From positions 128,001-192,000 of the forward strand of contig JBBQUR010000009.1 in NCBI GenBank assembly GCA_038212275.1: a stretch of 64,000 nt of DNA. Direction: 5' to 3'. The translations under genes were made by a program, and so were the position numbers. How positions within the stretch are numbered: position 1 is the stretch's first letter; each line of letters starts with the position of its first letter. Shown one piece after another: positions 37,017 to 46,979 of this stretch. The stretch comes from Planctomycetota bacterium. Its GTDB lineage: Bacteria; Planctomycetota; B15-G4. The notes under the pieces were generated by a model. That model was not told the DNA's origin. It saw nothing but the letters and a program-made list of their open reading frames with translations, and searched no databases.

Positions 37017-40000
37017 ATGAAATGGATGGACCTCCCATGTCCGGAGTTGCGCTCGCGGCGGCTCTTGTCGATCCTCGCTGCGGGCATCTTGAGCGCGACG
37101 GCTGCAGCGCAAGGGACGCCGCTGGAACAGCAGCTTCCGCTGCGTGTCAATTGCGGCGACCTCAACGGCCACGCCGCCGAAGAGCCCGGTTACGTGACCA
37201 TGGGGCCGACGTCCGCGCTCGGCTGGGCCGTCCTGGTCCCGCCGCCCGTGGCCACCGTGCACGTCGCAGGCCTCACGACGGCCGGGGCCACTCCCGGTCC
37301 GTCCGACATCTTCAGCATCGACCCTGACGATCTCGCCCACACTCACAAGCTCACATCGCTTCAACTCGCGAATCCCACGCAGCTTCTCATCAGCGGATTG
37401 GGTTCCAGGAAGCCGTACAGGATCCGACTCGAGCTGGGCGCTCATTCACCGTGGGCCGACATCGTCGGCACGCAGGCCGTCTACGTCGCTTCGACCGTGT
37501 CACGCCGCGCCACTGTCGAGGAGAGCATCGGCCTGAACGTGTGGCGCACGCTCGCGCGCGACGTTCGCTGCACGGCCGGCTACGGCAGCTCGACCTTTGC
37601 GTCCGTCGTGGGCAGCACCGTGCCGGTGTGGGCGCTGGTCCACAGCGACACGGGTGGGAACATCATCCTCCGCTTCAGCAGCCCGAACGGAGATCCGCAA
37701 TTTCTGGCAGGCTTCGAGCTGCATGCCTTCGAGCCACTGCCGGTCGTCTATCACCACGGCGCCAGCGGCGCTCTGGTCACGTCCAATCCGGCGCTGCAGC
37801 TGTTCGCGTCGGACTTCAATGCCAATGATTTCGTGAGTGCGCGGCAGGATCTCCTGAACGCTCCTGGCATGGATCCCTTCCTGAAAGGCGTGGCCCTCAC
37901 GCAGCTTGTCGGCTGGCTCGACGGATCACGCGACGGACAGGTGGACCTGATTCCGGAAGCGGTTGCTTCCCTGAAGCTGGCCCACGCGCCGTCGCATCCG
38001 GCGGCGGCGTACCTGCTGAGCCAGCTCGACCAGTACCAGCGCGCGATCGATCACCTGGAAGCGCGCGGCTACAGCGACGCCTTCGCCTGCCCGTCGGAGG
38101 GCGGCAAGGGCTTCATGAATCCCGCGTGCGCCGGCCAACTCCAGCTGGAGTTCGGCAAGGGCGTCACGAATCCCAATGCCCAGGCGGCGCTGCGCCAGCT
38201 CTCCGGCCTGTGTGCGCCGGCCGTGGGAGCCACGATCGTGGGTGATATCCAGGCCTGGAACGCGGCGCCGCTGCAGTACGCGGGCTGGGAGCCGTCACCG
38301 CTGGCCTTTGCGGCGCTGAAGCAGTTCGGCGTCACGATCGCGCTGGCCGATCCCTTCCTTGATGTTTCCAAGCTGCCGAGCTCTTCGGCGATCGATCCGG
38401 AGTCCACGGAGTTCGTTCAGGCGTTCAAGGACATCTTCCTCACCGGGCCGGGGACGATCGGCTTCGGCGCCAATGGCTTCGGTGCGTCGGAGTTTCCGCT
38501 CGACGTGGAGCTGCTGCTGCTGGCGAAGTACGCCGAACTGGGAAAGCATCCCTATCTGTGGGACGCCAGCCTCTGGAACACGACGGCGGGCACGGCCGTC
38601 CTGACCGATGCGCAGATCGAGGCGTCGTGGTGGGGCGCGTACGTCGCGAAACCTGCGGCCGACACGGCGGCTCCCGCATGGGCGAACGACCAGCGCCAAT
38701 TCATCAAGGCGTATCGCGGGATCATCGAGTACTGGCTCACGAGTCGGCTCGATGGCAGCGAACTCGGCGGCGGCTGGGGAGACGACATCGAACTGCTGCT
38801 GCAGTTCTATCCGAGCTGGTGCGGCCGCCAGGATCAGGCCGACCGGCGGCGACTCGACGTGATCGACGCGATGATCGCCTACGGACTCGACACGCCGCAG
38901 TACGTGAGCAACGGCTACTTCACCGGGCCGATCAGCGACGTGGAGCACACGGCCGAATACACGGCGAACACCTTTCAGGCCACGCGGGCGGTCTTCGGCC
39001 ATTCGGCGCGCGCCATCGACACGGCGCTCGGCGTGACGCGGCATCTGGTCGACGATGCCCAACCCTTCGCCGGACCGACGCTTGCGCCGAAGAACCGGCT
39101 TCACTTCAAGTCCTACTACATGACCTCGAGTGGACCGGATGCGGTGCCGGCGCACATGGTGGACGTGCTGCTCAACGGTCGCGCGATGCTGCCCGGCGTG
39201 GCGATGGGCTTTCATGCCCCGATCGGAGCCGCGCACCTGCTTCACCAGGATCTCGGCGCCTGGGCAGCCGCCTGGCGCGACGATGCACTGGACGATCCGG
39301 CGGCCTCGCTCGGCAAGCCCAGGGGATTCTTCGCGCCGGTCCAGTACCCGTCGAACACCTTCGGCAACGGCACCGCGTGGTGGAGCATCTCCGGCTCGGC
39401 GTCGGACACGGAGTTCCTCGACAAGACGCAGATCGCCTACGAGGTCGACCTGCTGCGCATGGCCTATCGCACGTCGACGGCGGCGGACCGCTGGCGCTAC
39501 CTGCTGCCGATGGTGCGCCTCTTCAAGTCCGTGATGGCGTGGGAAGACCAGGGCAAACCTGTCGGCAGCACCGGAAGCGAAGCCTGGGCCGACAAGCTCG
39601 TCCAGGGCTCACCGCGATTCTGGGCCCTCATCGCGGCGTGCACGGGAGACCTGGAGACCGATCCGTACCTCACGGTCACGGACGATCCGGATGTGCCCGG
39701 GACCTCGCCCTACGTGGACTCCGCGCTCATCGCGAAGCTGCACGGCTGGCTCATGACGGGCCTGCCCGGTGGCATCAACCTGCCGGGCGCCTTCAACCTG
39801 GCGCTGCAGTACGCGCTCCGGAACATCATTCCGTGCTCGACCGGCAACACGGCCAAGAATTCGATGCCCGTGTCGAACGCCTATCTCGCGGCCAATCCGT
39901 TTCTGCGCGGGGCCTTTCCGTTTCTCACCAGACACGTGCTGCACACCGATCGAGTCTTCATCAACCACGCCAACGTGCTGAATCACTTCGCCGCCAACGT

Positions 40001-40820
40001 CACCGGCGGCGACCTGCAGGAAGGCATCGCCTTCCGGCCGGCAGTGCGCTGGATCACGCGGCTCGAGGCCGCGCCCGACATCTCCGTGAGCTGCAATCTG
40101 CGCGACCTGGTAGAAACCATGTATGGCGCCTTCGCATACAACTTCGGCACATCGCCCGTCAGCGTCGAGCTGCAGCTCGACGAGGGCCTGGTCCCGGGCA
40201 CCTACCTCGTCGAGGTCGGCCCGGGGGCGGCCAAGTGCGATCAGTTCCTCAGCGGCGTGACGAGTTCGCAGTCCGTGCAGAAGCGGGGCACGGGCGTGAA
40301 GACCCCGGTGCTGCTGCAACCGGGCCTGAATCTCGTGCGAATCACGCGCCAGGGCGCCGCCGACGCGCCGGCGGCGGGCTACGACCTCGCCATCGATCCT
40401 CCGCGACTGGAGCTCTACAAGAAGCTGTCGAGCATCGGCGGCCTGCCCGCACTGCTCTTCAAGGTGCACGTCGTCAACGCAGGGGCGACGGCCAGTCCGC
40501 CGGCCACGCTGAACCTGTTCGCCAGCGTGCTGTTGCCCGACGGCAGCGTGCTGCCGGTGAACGCGGCGACGCCCAATGAATTTCTCATCTGGAGCACGGC
40601 CGTTCCTTCGCTGGCCGGCACGAGCGACTACTCGGTGGCCTCGACCGACCTTCAGCTCGGCGTGTTCATGAACTCGATCGCCACCACGCTCCTGCTCAGC
40701 GGGCTGGGCATCCAGCTGCGTGCGGAGGTGATCGCCGGTCCCTCCGAGGGCGACCGCCTCAACAACGAGATGTCGCGTGGCTGGTTCGCGAACGGCACCC
40801 CGCTCTTCGGCAGCGGCTGA
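37017..40820 (+). CDS. large secreted protein: CBM/malectin-like N-terminus, helical core, CARDB-like C-terminus
   Basis: 1267 aa; signal peptide; LRVNCG; ELGGGWGDDIE and DVEHTAE motifs; YDLAI...VVNAG...EGDRLNN. Confidence 0.7.
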   Translation: MKWMDLPCPELRSRRLLSILAAGILSATAAAQGTPLEQQLPLRVNCGDLNGHAAEEPGYVTMGPTSALGWAVLVPPPVATVHVAGLTTAGATPGPSDIFSIDPDDLAHTHKLTSLQLANPTQLLISGLGSRKPYRIRLELGAHSPWADIVGTQAVYVASTVSRRATVEESIGLNVWRTLARDVRCTAGYGSSTFASVVGSTVPVWALVHSDTGGNIILRFSSPNGDPQFLAGFELHAFEPLPVVYHHGASGALVTSNPALQLFASDFNANDFVSARQDLLNAPGMDPFLKGVALTQLVGWLDGSRDGQVDLIPEAVASLKLAHAPSHPAAAYLLSQLDQYQRAIDHLEARGYSDAFACPSEGGKGFMNPACAGQLQLEFGKGVTNPNAQAALRQLSGLCAPAVGATIVGDIQAWNAAPLQYAGWEPSPLAFAALKQFGVTIALADPFLDVSKLPSSSAIDPESTEFVQAFKDIFLTGPGTIGFGANGFGASEFPLDVELLLLAKYAELGKHPYLWDASLWNTTAGTAVLTDAQIEASWWGAYVAKPAADTAAPAWANDQRQFIKAYRGIIEYWLTSRLDGSELGGGWGDDIELLLQFYPSWCGRQDQADRRRLDVIDAMIAYGLDTPQYVSNGYFTGPISDVEHTAEYTANTFQATRAVFGHSARAIDTALGVTRHLVDDAQPFAGPTLAPKNRLHFKSYYMTSSGPDAVPAHMVDVLLNGRAMLPGVAMGFHAPIGAAHLLHQDLGAWAAAWRDDALDDPAASLGKPRGFFAPVQYPSNTFGNGTAWWSISGSASDTEFLDKTQIAYEVDLLRMAYRTSTAADRWRYLLPMVRLFKSVMAWEDQGKPVGSTGSEAWADKLVQGSPRFWALIAACTGDLETDPYLTVTDDPDVPGTSPYVDSALIAKLHGWLMTGLPGGINLPGAFNLALQYALRNIIPCSTGNTAKNSMPVSNAYLAANPFLRGAFPFLTRHVLHTDRVFINHANVLNHFAANVTGGDLQEGIAFRPAVRWITRLEAAPDISVSCNLRDLVETMYGAFAYNFGTSPVSVELQLDEGLVPGTYLVEVGPGAAKCDQFLSGVTSSQSVQKRGTGVKTPVLLQPGLNLVRITRQGAADAPAAGYDLAIDPPRLELYKKLSSIGGLPALLFKVHVVNAGATASPPATLNLFASVLLPDGSVLPVNAATPNEFLIWSTAVPSLAGTSDYSVASTDLQLGVFMNSIATTLLLSGLGIQLRAEVIAGPSEGDRLNNEMSRGWFANGTPLFGSG

Positions 40821-40859
40821 ATCCGGCCGGCGACGGCCGCGCGCGCCTGCTCGCCGCCA

Positions 40860-41020
40860 TGCCCCGCGCTGCCCGCGCTGCCCACGCTGCCTGCGACGCC
40901 CGCGCTGCCTGCGACGCCCGCGCTGCCCTCGACGCCAATGCTGCCCTCGACGCCAATGCTGCCTGCGCTGCCTGCGCTGCCTTTCCCGCCAACGCCGGCA
41001 TCGCTGCCATCGCTGCCAGC
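40860..41020. repeat. degenerate 9/18-bp tandem repeat (GCTGCC core)
   Basis: e.g. cgctgcctgcgacgcccg x2, gctgccctcgacgccaat x2, gctgcctgc. Confidence 0.8.
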
Positions 41021-41037
41021 GACGTGAGTCCCTGTCC

Positions 41038-41066
41038 TTGCCGCGTCCCCAACAGCAGACTAGGCT
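41038..41066 (+). promoter_or_regulatory. candidate sigma70-type promoter for the methionine-synthesis gene
   Basis: TTGCCG-17 nt-TAGGCT, ~110 nt upstream of the ATG. Confidence 0.45.
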
Positions 41067-41178
41067 CCCCGGCCGATAGAGTGCGGCTATTCACGGCAGC
41101 CTCCGCCGCAACGCTCGCTCCAGCTCGCCTCCTGCCGTAACGTCGGCTCATCGCCTCAAACGTCCGCCCGGATCGCAC

Positions 41179-43095
41179 ATGCCCAGCAAGACACCTTTTC
41201 TGCAGACCCTTTCCGAGCGCGTCATCCTCGGGGACGGCGGCATGGGCAGCGAGATCTACGCGCGCGGCGTGTTCATCAACCGCTGCTACGACGAGCTGAA
41301 CCTGTCGGGCGCCGCGCTCATCCGCGGCATCCACCACGACTTCGTGAAGGCAGGCAGCGAACTCATCGAGACCAACACCTACGGCGCCAACCGGCCGAAG
41401 CTCGCGGCGCACGGCCTCGAGGGCCGCATGTCGGACATCCTGCGTGCCGGCGTTGCACTGGCGCAGGAGGAAGCCGGCGGCCGCGCCTACGTGGCGGGGA
41501 GCATGGGTCCGCTCGGACCGGCCGCCAAGGAAGCGGGCTTCGGCGACAAGGCGCAGCAGGACGCCTACGCGGAGGTCGCCGTCGTGCTTGCCGATGCCGG
41601 CGCAGACCTGCTCTTCCTCGACACGTTCACGAGCCTGCCCGACCTGCACCGCGCCATCCTCGCGTGTCGTGCGGTGACGGACCTGCCGGTGGTGGCCAGC
41701 TTCTCCTTTCACCGCGGCTTCATCATGGGCAGCAACGACTTCCTCGTGCAGCCCGAGGACCTCGTGGCCACCGTGCTGCGCAGCGGCGCGCACGTCATCG
41801 GGGCCAATTGCGGCGACGGCCCGCACATGACGCTCGACGTCGTGGAGCGGCTCATCGATGCCGGACTGCCTGTCGCGGCGATGCCGAACGTCGGCGGCCC
41901 GGCGCTCATCGAAGGGCGCTCGGTCTATCTCTCCAGCCCCGAGTACATCGCCGAGTACAGCCGGCGCTTCGTGCAGAAGAAGGCGCGCCTCATCGGCGGC
42001 TGCTGCGGCGTGACGCCCAGCCAGATCCACGAGGTCTCCAGCTTCCTGCTTTCCATCCAGCCGCGGTCCGCGCGGCGCTCGCGGATCGCGGACGCGACGC
42101 CGGCCGAAGAGGCCGCCACCGCCGCGAGCGACGCGGTGCCCGCGACGCCGGCCGACGTGCCTGTGCCGCGCATGCAGCCGATTCCGCTCGCGGAGCGCAG
42201 CGTGTGGGGGAGCAAGATCGGCGGCAGCTTCTCGGTGAGCGTCGAGCTGGACCCGCCGCCGGGCCTCGACGCAACGCCGTCCATCGAGCACGCCAAATTC
42301 CTCCGCGACGCGGGCATCGATGCGGTGAACATCGCCGACGGCCCGCGCGCGATCGCGCGCATGGGGCCGCTCGCGCTGGCCATGCAGGTCAAGCTGCAGG
42401 TGGGTCTGGAGACGATCACGCACTACTGCTGCCGCGACCGCAACGTGCTCGCGATGCAGATGGATCTCATCGGCGCCAACGCGCTGGGCCTGCGCAACCT
42501 CATGCTCATCACCGGCGATCCGCCGAAGATGGGCAACTTCCCCGACGCCACCGCGGTCTTCGACGTGGACAGCATCGGGCTCATCGGCTTCGCGAACGAA
42601 CTCAACCACGGCATCGACCTCGGCGGCAAGCCGCTTGGCGACCGCACGGGTTTCGTCATCGGCACCGGCTGCAATCCGGGCGCGATGGACCTGGAGCGCG
42701 AGGTCGCGCGCTACGCGGCGAAGATCGAGGCCGGCGCGGAGTACGTCTTCAGCCAGCCGGTCTATGACCCGGCGCTGCTCGACCGCTTCCTTGCCGCGAC
42801 GGCGCACGTGAAGCGCGTGCCCTTCTTCGTCGGCATCCTGCCGCTGGCCAGCCTCAAGAACGCGGAGTTCCTGACGCGCGAGGTGCCGGGCATGGCGGTG
42901 CCCGAAAACGTGCTGAAGCGGCTGCGCGAGGCGCGCACGCGCGACGACCAGCGCGAGGTCGGCATCCGCGTGGCCACCGAGACGCTGGCGTCGGCGATCG
43001 AGCACGACCGCATCCGCGGCGCCTACATCTTTCCGCCCTTCGGCAAGTACGAGCCGATCCTGCGGGTGCTCAAGGAGTCTGGCGCGCGGGCTTGA
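41179..43095 (+). CDS. yitJ: bifunctional homocysteine S-methyltransferase / methylenetetrahydrofolate reductase (YitJ-like)
   Basis: GDGGMGS, ETNTYGAN, GANCGDGP, IGGCCGVTP; MTHFR half VELDPP, HYCCRDRN, ITGDPP, SQPVYD. Confidence 0.92.
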   Translation: MPSKTPFLQTLSERVILGDGGMGSEIYARGVFINRCYDELNLSGAALIRGIHHDFVKAGSELIETNTYGANRPKLAAHGLEGRMSDILRAGVALAQEEAGGRAYVAGSMGPLGPAAKEAGFGDKAQQDAYAEVAVVLADAGADLLFLDTFTSLPDLHRAILACRAVTDLPVVASFSFHRGFIMGSNDFLVQPEDLVATVLRSGAHVIGANCGDGPHMTLDVVERLIDAGLPVAAMPNVGGPALIEGRSVYLSSPEYIAEYSRRFVQKKARLIGGCCGVTPSQIHEVSSFLLSIQPRSARRSRIADATPAEEAATAASDAVPATPADVPVPRMQPIPLAERSVWGSKIGGSFSVSVELDPPPGLDATPSIEHAKFLRDAGIDAVNIADGPRAIARMGPLALAMQVKLQVGLETITHYCCRDRNVLAMQMDLIGANALGLRNLMLITGDPPKMGNFPDATAVFDVDSIGLIGFANELNHGIDLGGKPLGDRTGFVIGTGCNPGAMDLEREVARYAAKIEAGAEYVFSQPVYDPALLDRFLAATAHVKRVPFFVGILPLASLKNAEFLTREVPGMAVPENVLKRLREARTRDDQREVGIRVATETLASAIEHDRIRGAYIFPPFGKYEPILRVLKESGARA

Positions 43096-43114
43096 ACGGC
43101 TCTTTTTCGCGTAC

Positions 43115-43345
43115 GCGCCGGGGGTGCTGCCCGCGCGGTGTCGTGGGGACTGTGAGTCGGGCTGAGATTGCAGTGCGCCGGCGCGGGGGCTCCGGGCCGC
43201 TTCGGTCAACGACCCGCCATGCGGGGGCGGGTGACAAAGCGTGGGGCGCTCGTGGCGGTCGGAATCTTGCGGCCCGGAGCCCCCGCGCCGCGCACGTCAC
43301 TGCACGCTCGGCCGGTCGAGGGCGGGCGGGCAGCACCCCCGGCGC
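43115..43345. other. ~230-nt nested inverted-repeat element (candidate structured ncRNA or MITE)
   Basis: perfect 20-bp arms 43115-43134/43326-43345 and perfect 22-bp arms 43179-43200/43269-43290, plus apical hairpins. Confidence 0.7.
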
Positions 43346-43599
43346 TGCCGCTTCACGGCGCCGTTGCGACCGTGCGGAGGGTGAAGGTCTGGAAGTCCTG
43401 CCTCACGAGCATGCTCTGCTCACACTTTGGTTGCCATGACGAAGGACGGTTGTCGGGGCGCGGGAGGGGATTGAGAAGGGGCGCAGCATTGTCGCCGCGT
43501 CCTGGCGCGTGCGTTGAGGCGGAGAGAGGCGATCAGCCGTCGTCAGATCGCCGCGGCTTCGGATGATGCGAACACCTACACTCCGCTTCTCCTGATGGA

Positions 43600-43947
43600 G
43601 TGCCGACCATGGCCAGCAAGCGCAGCCGCGTTCTGTGGGTGATCGTTCTACTCGTCGCGATCGGGCTCGTGATCGGCGGGGCGATGACGGGGCTCACGGT
43701 GTCGGCCAGCGTCGGCGGCCGGACGATCACGGCGGAGTCGGCCAACATTCTCAGCCTCGCCAAGGTCGAGGTGCGGGCCGACGGAGCCGTCGTGCACCTC
43801 GGTGACCTCGAGGTCACCGTGACGAACGATCTCGTCACGCTTCCGGATGGCGCAGGAGTCGCGATCCCCGCGGGCTGTACGCTTGTCGCGCTCAGGGAAA
43901 GCGGAGGCAGCGTGCGCGTGATGCTCGACGGCGCCGCGGCAAACTAG
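43600..43947 (+). CDS. small membrane-anchored hypothetical protein
   Basis: N-terminal TM helix followed by beta-strand pattern; start 43600 or 43609 (GGAG upstream). Confidence 0.6.
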   Translation: MPTMASKRSRVLWVIVLLVAIGLVIGGAMTGLTVSASVGGRTITAESANILSLAKVEVRADGAVVHLGDLEVTVTNDLVTLPDGAGVAIPAGCTLVALRESGGSVRVMLDGAAAN

Positions 43948-44263
43948 CGCCTCCCGGCGACCCGCGGCGCGGCGTGAACGAGCTCGTCGCGATGGACCAG
44001 CGCGGCGGACCAGCGCGGCGGACCCGCGGATGCGGGGCGCTCAGGCGCCGACGTTGCCGATGGGCTTGACCTGGGCACCCTCCCGAGGGTGGTCGCGCAG
44101 GCGTTCGACCTGCCGGACTCGGGGTAGCGCGCGCCGCGACGGCAGGGCGACGCGATGCGCCGCGGCCCCGCGTGGCAGCCACCCCGGCAGTTGCTGGACA
44201 GGTCTGCCGAGTGCAAAGCAGAATCATGCGCGCGCACACACGAACCTGCAGGAGAGGTGATCC

Positions 44264-46921
44264 ATGACTTCCCACGCCGATGCACGAGACGGACTCGCGC
44301 GAGCCCTGTTCTTCCGAACGGCCGTCACGTTCGCCGTCGCGGCCGCGCTGCTGCTGCCGGCGAGCACCGCCCGAGCGCAGGATGCGCCCGCGGACATCAA
44401 CTGGCCGCGCGTGTTCGAGAAGGATGGAAAGAAGTTCACGATCTTCCAGCCGCAGGTGGATTCGTGGAAGGATTACGAGGTGCTCCAGTTCCGCAGCGCC
44501 GTCTCCATCGAGGGCGTGCTGCCGGCGGTGACGTTCGGCGTGCTCGAGGCGCAGGCGAAGACTGTGGTCGACCACGCAACGCGGCAGGTCGCGCTCACTC
44601 CCGAGAAGCAGGAGCTGACGTTCCCCGGCGTGCCCGACGCGGATGTCGCCCTGCTGAAGGCGGCGGCCCTGGAGCTGCATCCCCCGGAGGCCGTGGTCGT
44701 CATCGCCCTCGACCGCGTGCTCGCGTACCTCGATCCCTCGGACGTGCCGCTCGAGCGCACGACCGAGGTCAACCTCGCTCCGCCGAAGATCTTCTACAGC
44801 GCGAGTCCGGCGATCCTTGTCAACATCATGGGCTTGCCGAAGTTCGTGCCCGTGGTGCCCGGCAATCGCGAGCTGTTCTTCGCGCTCAACACGAACTGGG
44901 ATCTGCTCCAGGACGTCGCCGGGAAGGGCTACTACCTGCGCGACGGAGACGGTTGGCTGACGACCAACGATGTGCTGAAGGGGCCGTGGACGCCGACGAA
45001 GGATCTGCCGGCGTCCTTCAAGTCGCTCCCGTCGGACGAGAACTGGGCCGAGACGCGCAAGCACATCCCGGGAACGCCGGCCGCGGCGGCTCCCGCGGTG
45101 TTCGTGTCCACGGCGCCGGCGGAACTGATCCTCACCGGGGGCGCGCCGGAGTTCACCCCGGTGCCGGAGACGGGACTGTCACGCCTCAGCAACACGGACA
45201 GCGTCGTGTTCCGCGAGGGAAGCGCCGGGGATTTCTTCCTGCTTGTCGCCGGGCGCTGGTTCCGCGCGGGCAAGCTCGATGGCCCGTGGGGTGCGGCCAG
45301 CAGCGACCTGCCCGCCGACTTCGCTCTGATCCCGGATGACGATGCGTCTGCTTTCGTCAGGGCGTCCGTGCCCGGCACGGACGAGGCCACCGAAGCGGTG
45401 CTGCTCGCATCCATCCCCAATACCACGGTGGTGAACCGGAGCGACCCTCCGGTGGCGGTGACCTGGGGCGGGAAGCCGCACTTCGCGCCGATCACCGGCA
45501 CGACGGTGCAGGCCGGCACGAACACAGCGTTCAGTGTTTTCCTCGTGGACGGCGCGTACTACTGCTGCGATCAGGGCGTGTGGTTCAACGCCGGCGCCGC
45601 GACCGGGCCGTGGCAACTCTGCAGCGAGGTCGCGAAGGCCATCTACACGATCCCGCCGACGAACCCGCACTACAACGTCACCTTCGTGACCGTCGTGGAG
45701 TCCACGCCAACCACGGTGACGTTCGCGCAGACGGCGGGGTACAGCGGCGAGTACGTCGCGTCGAACGGCGTGCTCGTCTTCGGCGCCGGCATGGACGCTT
45801 CCGAAGAGAGCGCGGACACGTCGACCGATGAGACGAGCGACGAGATGTCCGGTGATGAGTCGTACGAGGACGACTGCTACTACTATCCGGCGTACCCCTG
45901 CTACTACTCGTACGGCTGCGGCGCGCTGTACGACGATGCCTACGGCGGCTACTACGGCTCCGGCTACGACTACTACGGCCCCTACGGCGGCGCCGGATAC
46001 GCCGCGGCCTACAACCCGGCGACCGGCACGTACGGGCGCGCTTCGTATGCCTACGGTCCCTACGGCAGCGCTTCCGCGCGCGCGGCCTACAACCCGTACA
46101 CAGGCGGCTTCGCAACCGGCGCGCGGGTGAATGGTGTCAACGGCTCGGCCGCGAGAGCCGCCGGCTACAACCCGGCGACGGGTGCGTACGGCAGGGGCGC
46201 GTCGGCGACGGGCCGCTACGGCAGCGCAGGCTTCGCGCATGTCGGCAACGCCAACACCGGCAAGGCGGCGACCGGCCGCACCGCGTCCACCGCAAACGGC
46301 GACGCCGCCGCGGTGAAGACGAACCAGGGCACGGGCGCCGCTGCGTGGAACACGCAGAACAGCCAGGGGGCCGTCGCCAGGACGCCGTCCGGCGATCTCT
46401 ACGCCGGCACCGACGGCACCGTCTACAAGCGCGACGCTGACGGCAACTGGTCGAGCAACTCCGGCAGCGGCTGGGAGAGTGCCAACAAGCCGCAACCCAC
46501 CGAGGCCGGGGCGAGCGCAGCAACATCGACGGCTCCGAGGGCCGGAGCCACCGGAGCCACCGGAGCCACCGGAGCCACCGGAGCCACCGGAGCCACCGGA
46601 GCCACCGGAGCGGCCGGAGCGGCCGGAGCATCGGGGGCGGCAGGTGCTGGCGGCGCGGCGGACAGCAGGACTTCGGGCGCGCGAGCTTCCACCGCGGGGA
46701 GTCGCACTACGGTGGCTCAGGCCGGCGGGGCGCGCAGCTCGGGTGCGACGAAGTCCCGGAGCCGGAGCTCGAGCGACCTGGAATCCCAATTCAAGGCGCG
46801 CGACCAGGGCAACAGGAGCACCGAGCGCACGACGCAAAGCAGGTCGAGCGGAGGGTCGTCTCGCAGCCGATCCTCCGCAGGCGGCGGCCGCAGCGGCGGC
46901 GGCCGGGGCGGACGGCCGTGA
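44264..46921 (+). CDS. secreted Tyr/Gly-rich hypothetical protein (type often auto-annotated carbohydrate-binding V/XII)
   Basis: GGAGAGG RBS; signal peptide; WPR...FQPQVDSW, GRWF...GPW, repeated YNPxTG, Gly/Ser/Arg tail. Confidence 0.75.
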   Translation: MTSHADARDGLARALFFRTAVTFAVAAALLLPASTARAQDAPADINWPRVFEKDGKKFTIFQPQVDSWKDYEVLQFRSAVSIEGVLPAVTFGVLEAQAKTVVDHATRQVALTPEKQELTFPGVPDADVALLKAAALELHPPEAVVVIALDRVLAYLDPSDVPLERTTEVNLAPPKIFYSASPAILVNIMGLPKFVPVVPGNRELFFALNTNWDLLQDVAGKGYYLRDGDGWLTTNDVLKGPWTPTKDLPASFKSLPSDENWAETRKHIPGTPAAAAPAVFVSTAPAELILTGGAPEFTPVPETGLSRLSNTDSVVFREGSAGDFFLLVAGRWFRAGKLDGPWGAASSDLPADFALIPDDDASAFVRASVPGTDEATEAVLLASIPNTTVVNRSDPPVAVTWGGKPHFAPITGTTVQAGTNTAFSVFLVDGAYYCCDQGVWFNAGAATGPWQLCSEVAKAIYTIPPTNPHYNVTFVTVVESTPTTVTFAQTAGYSGEYVASNGVLVFGAGMDASEESADTSTDETSDEMSGDESYEDDCYYYPAYPCYYSYGCGALYDDAYGGYYGSGYDYYGPYGGAGYAAAYNPATGTYGRASYAYGPYGSASARAAYNPYTGGFATGARVNGVNGSAARAAGYNPATGAYGRGASATGRYGSAGFAHVGNANTGKAATGRTASTANGDAAAVKTNQGTGAAAWNTQNSQGAVARTPSGDLYAGTDGTVYKRDADGNWSSNSGSGWESANKPQPTEAGASAATSTAPRAGATGATGATGATGATGATGATGAAGAAGASGAAGAGGAADSRTSGARASTAGSRTTVAQAGGARSSGATKSRSRSSSDLESQFKARDQGNRSTERTTQSRSSGGSSRSRSSAGGGRSGGGRGGRP
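46544..46624 (+). repeat. in-frame 9-bp VNTR (GGAGCCACC x7 then GGAGCGGCC x2) encoding (GAT)7(GAA)2
   Basis: read directly. Confidence 0.95.
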
Positions 46922-46979
46922 ACACGGGCATGAACTTCGGCGCTCTTCGCGTGCGTTGGTGTGGCGCGTCGGCGGTCAC

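Noticed and set aside
40859..41140. 93-aa Ala/Cys repeat ORF as a RiPP precursor or leader peptide
   Set aside because: It arises from a 9-bp tandem repeat, overlaps the predicted promoter, has no RBS and no modifying enzymes nearby.
43168..43566. ORFs across the 43.1-43.6 kb gap
   Set aside because: Arg/Gly/Ala-rich with no motifs; the region is better explained by the nested inverted repeats.
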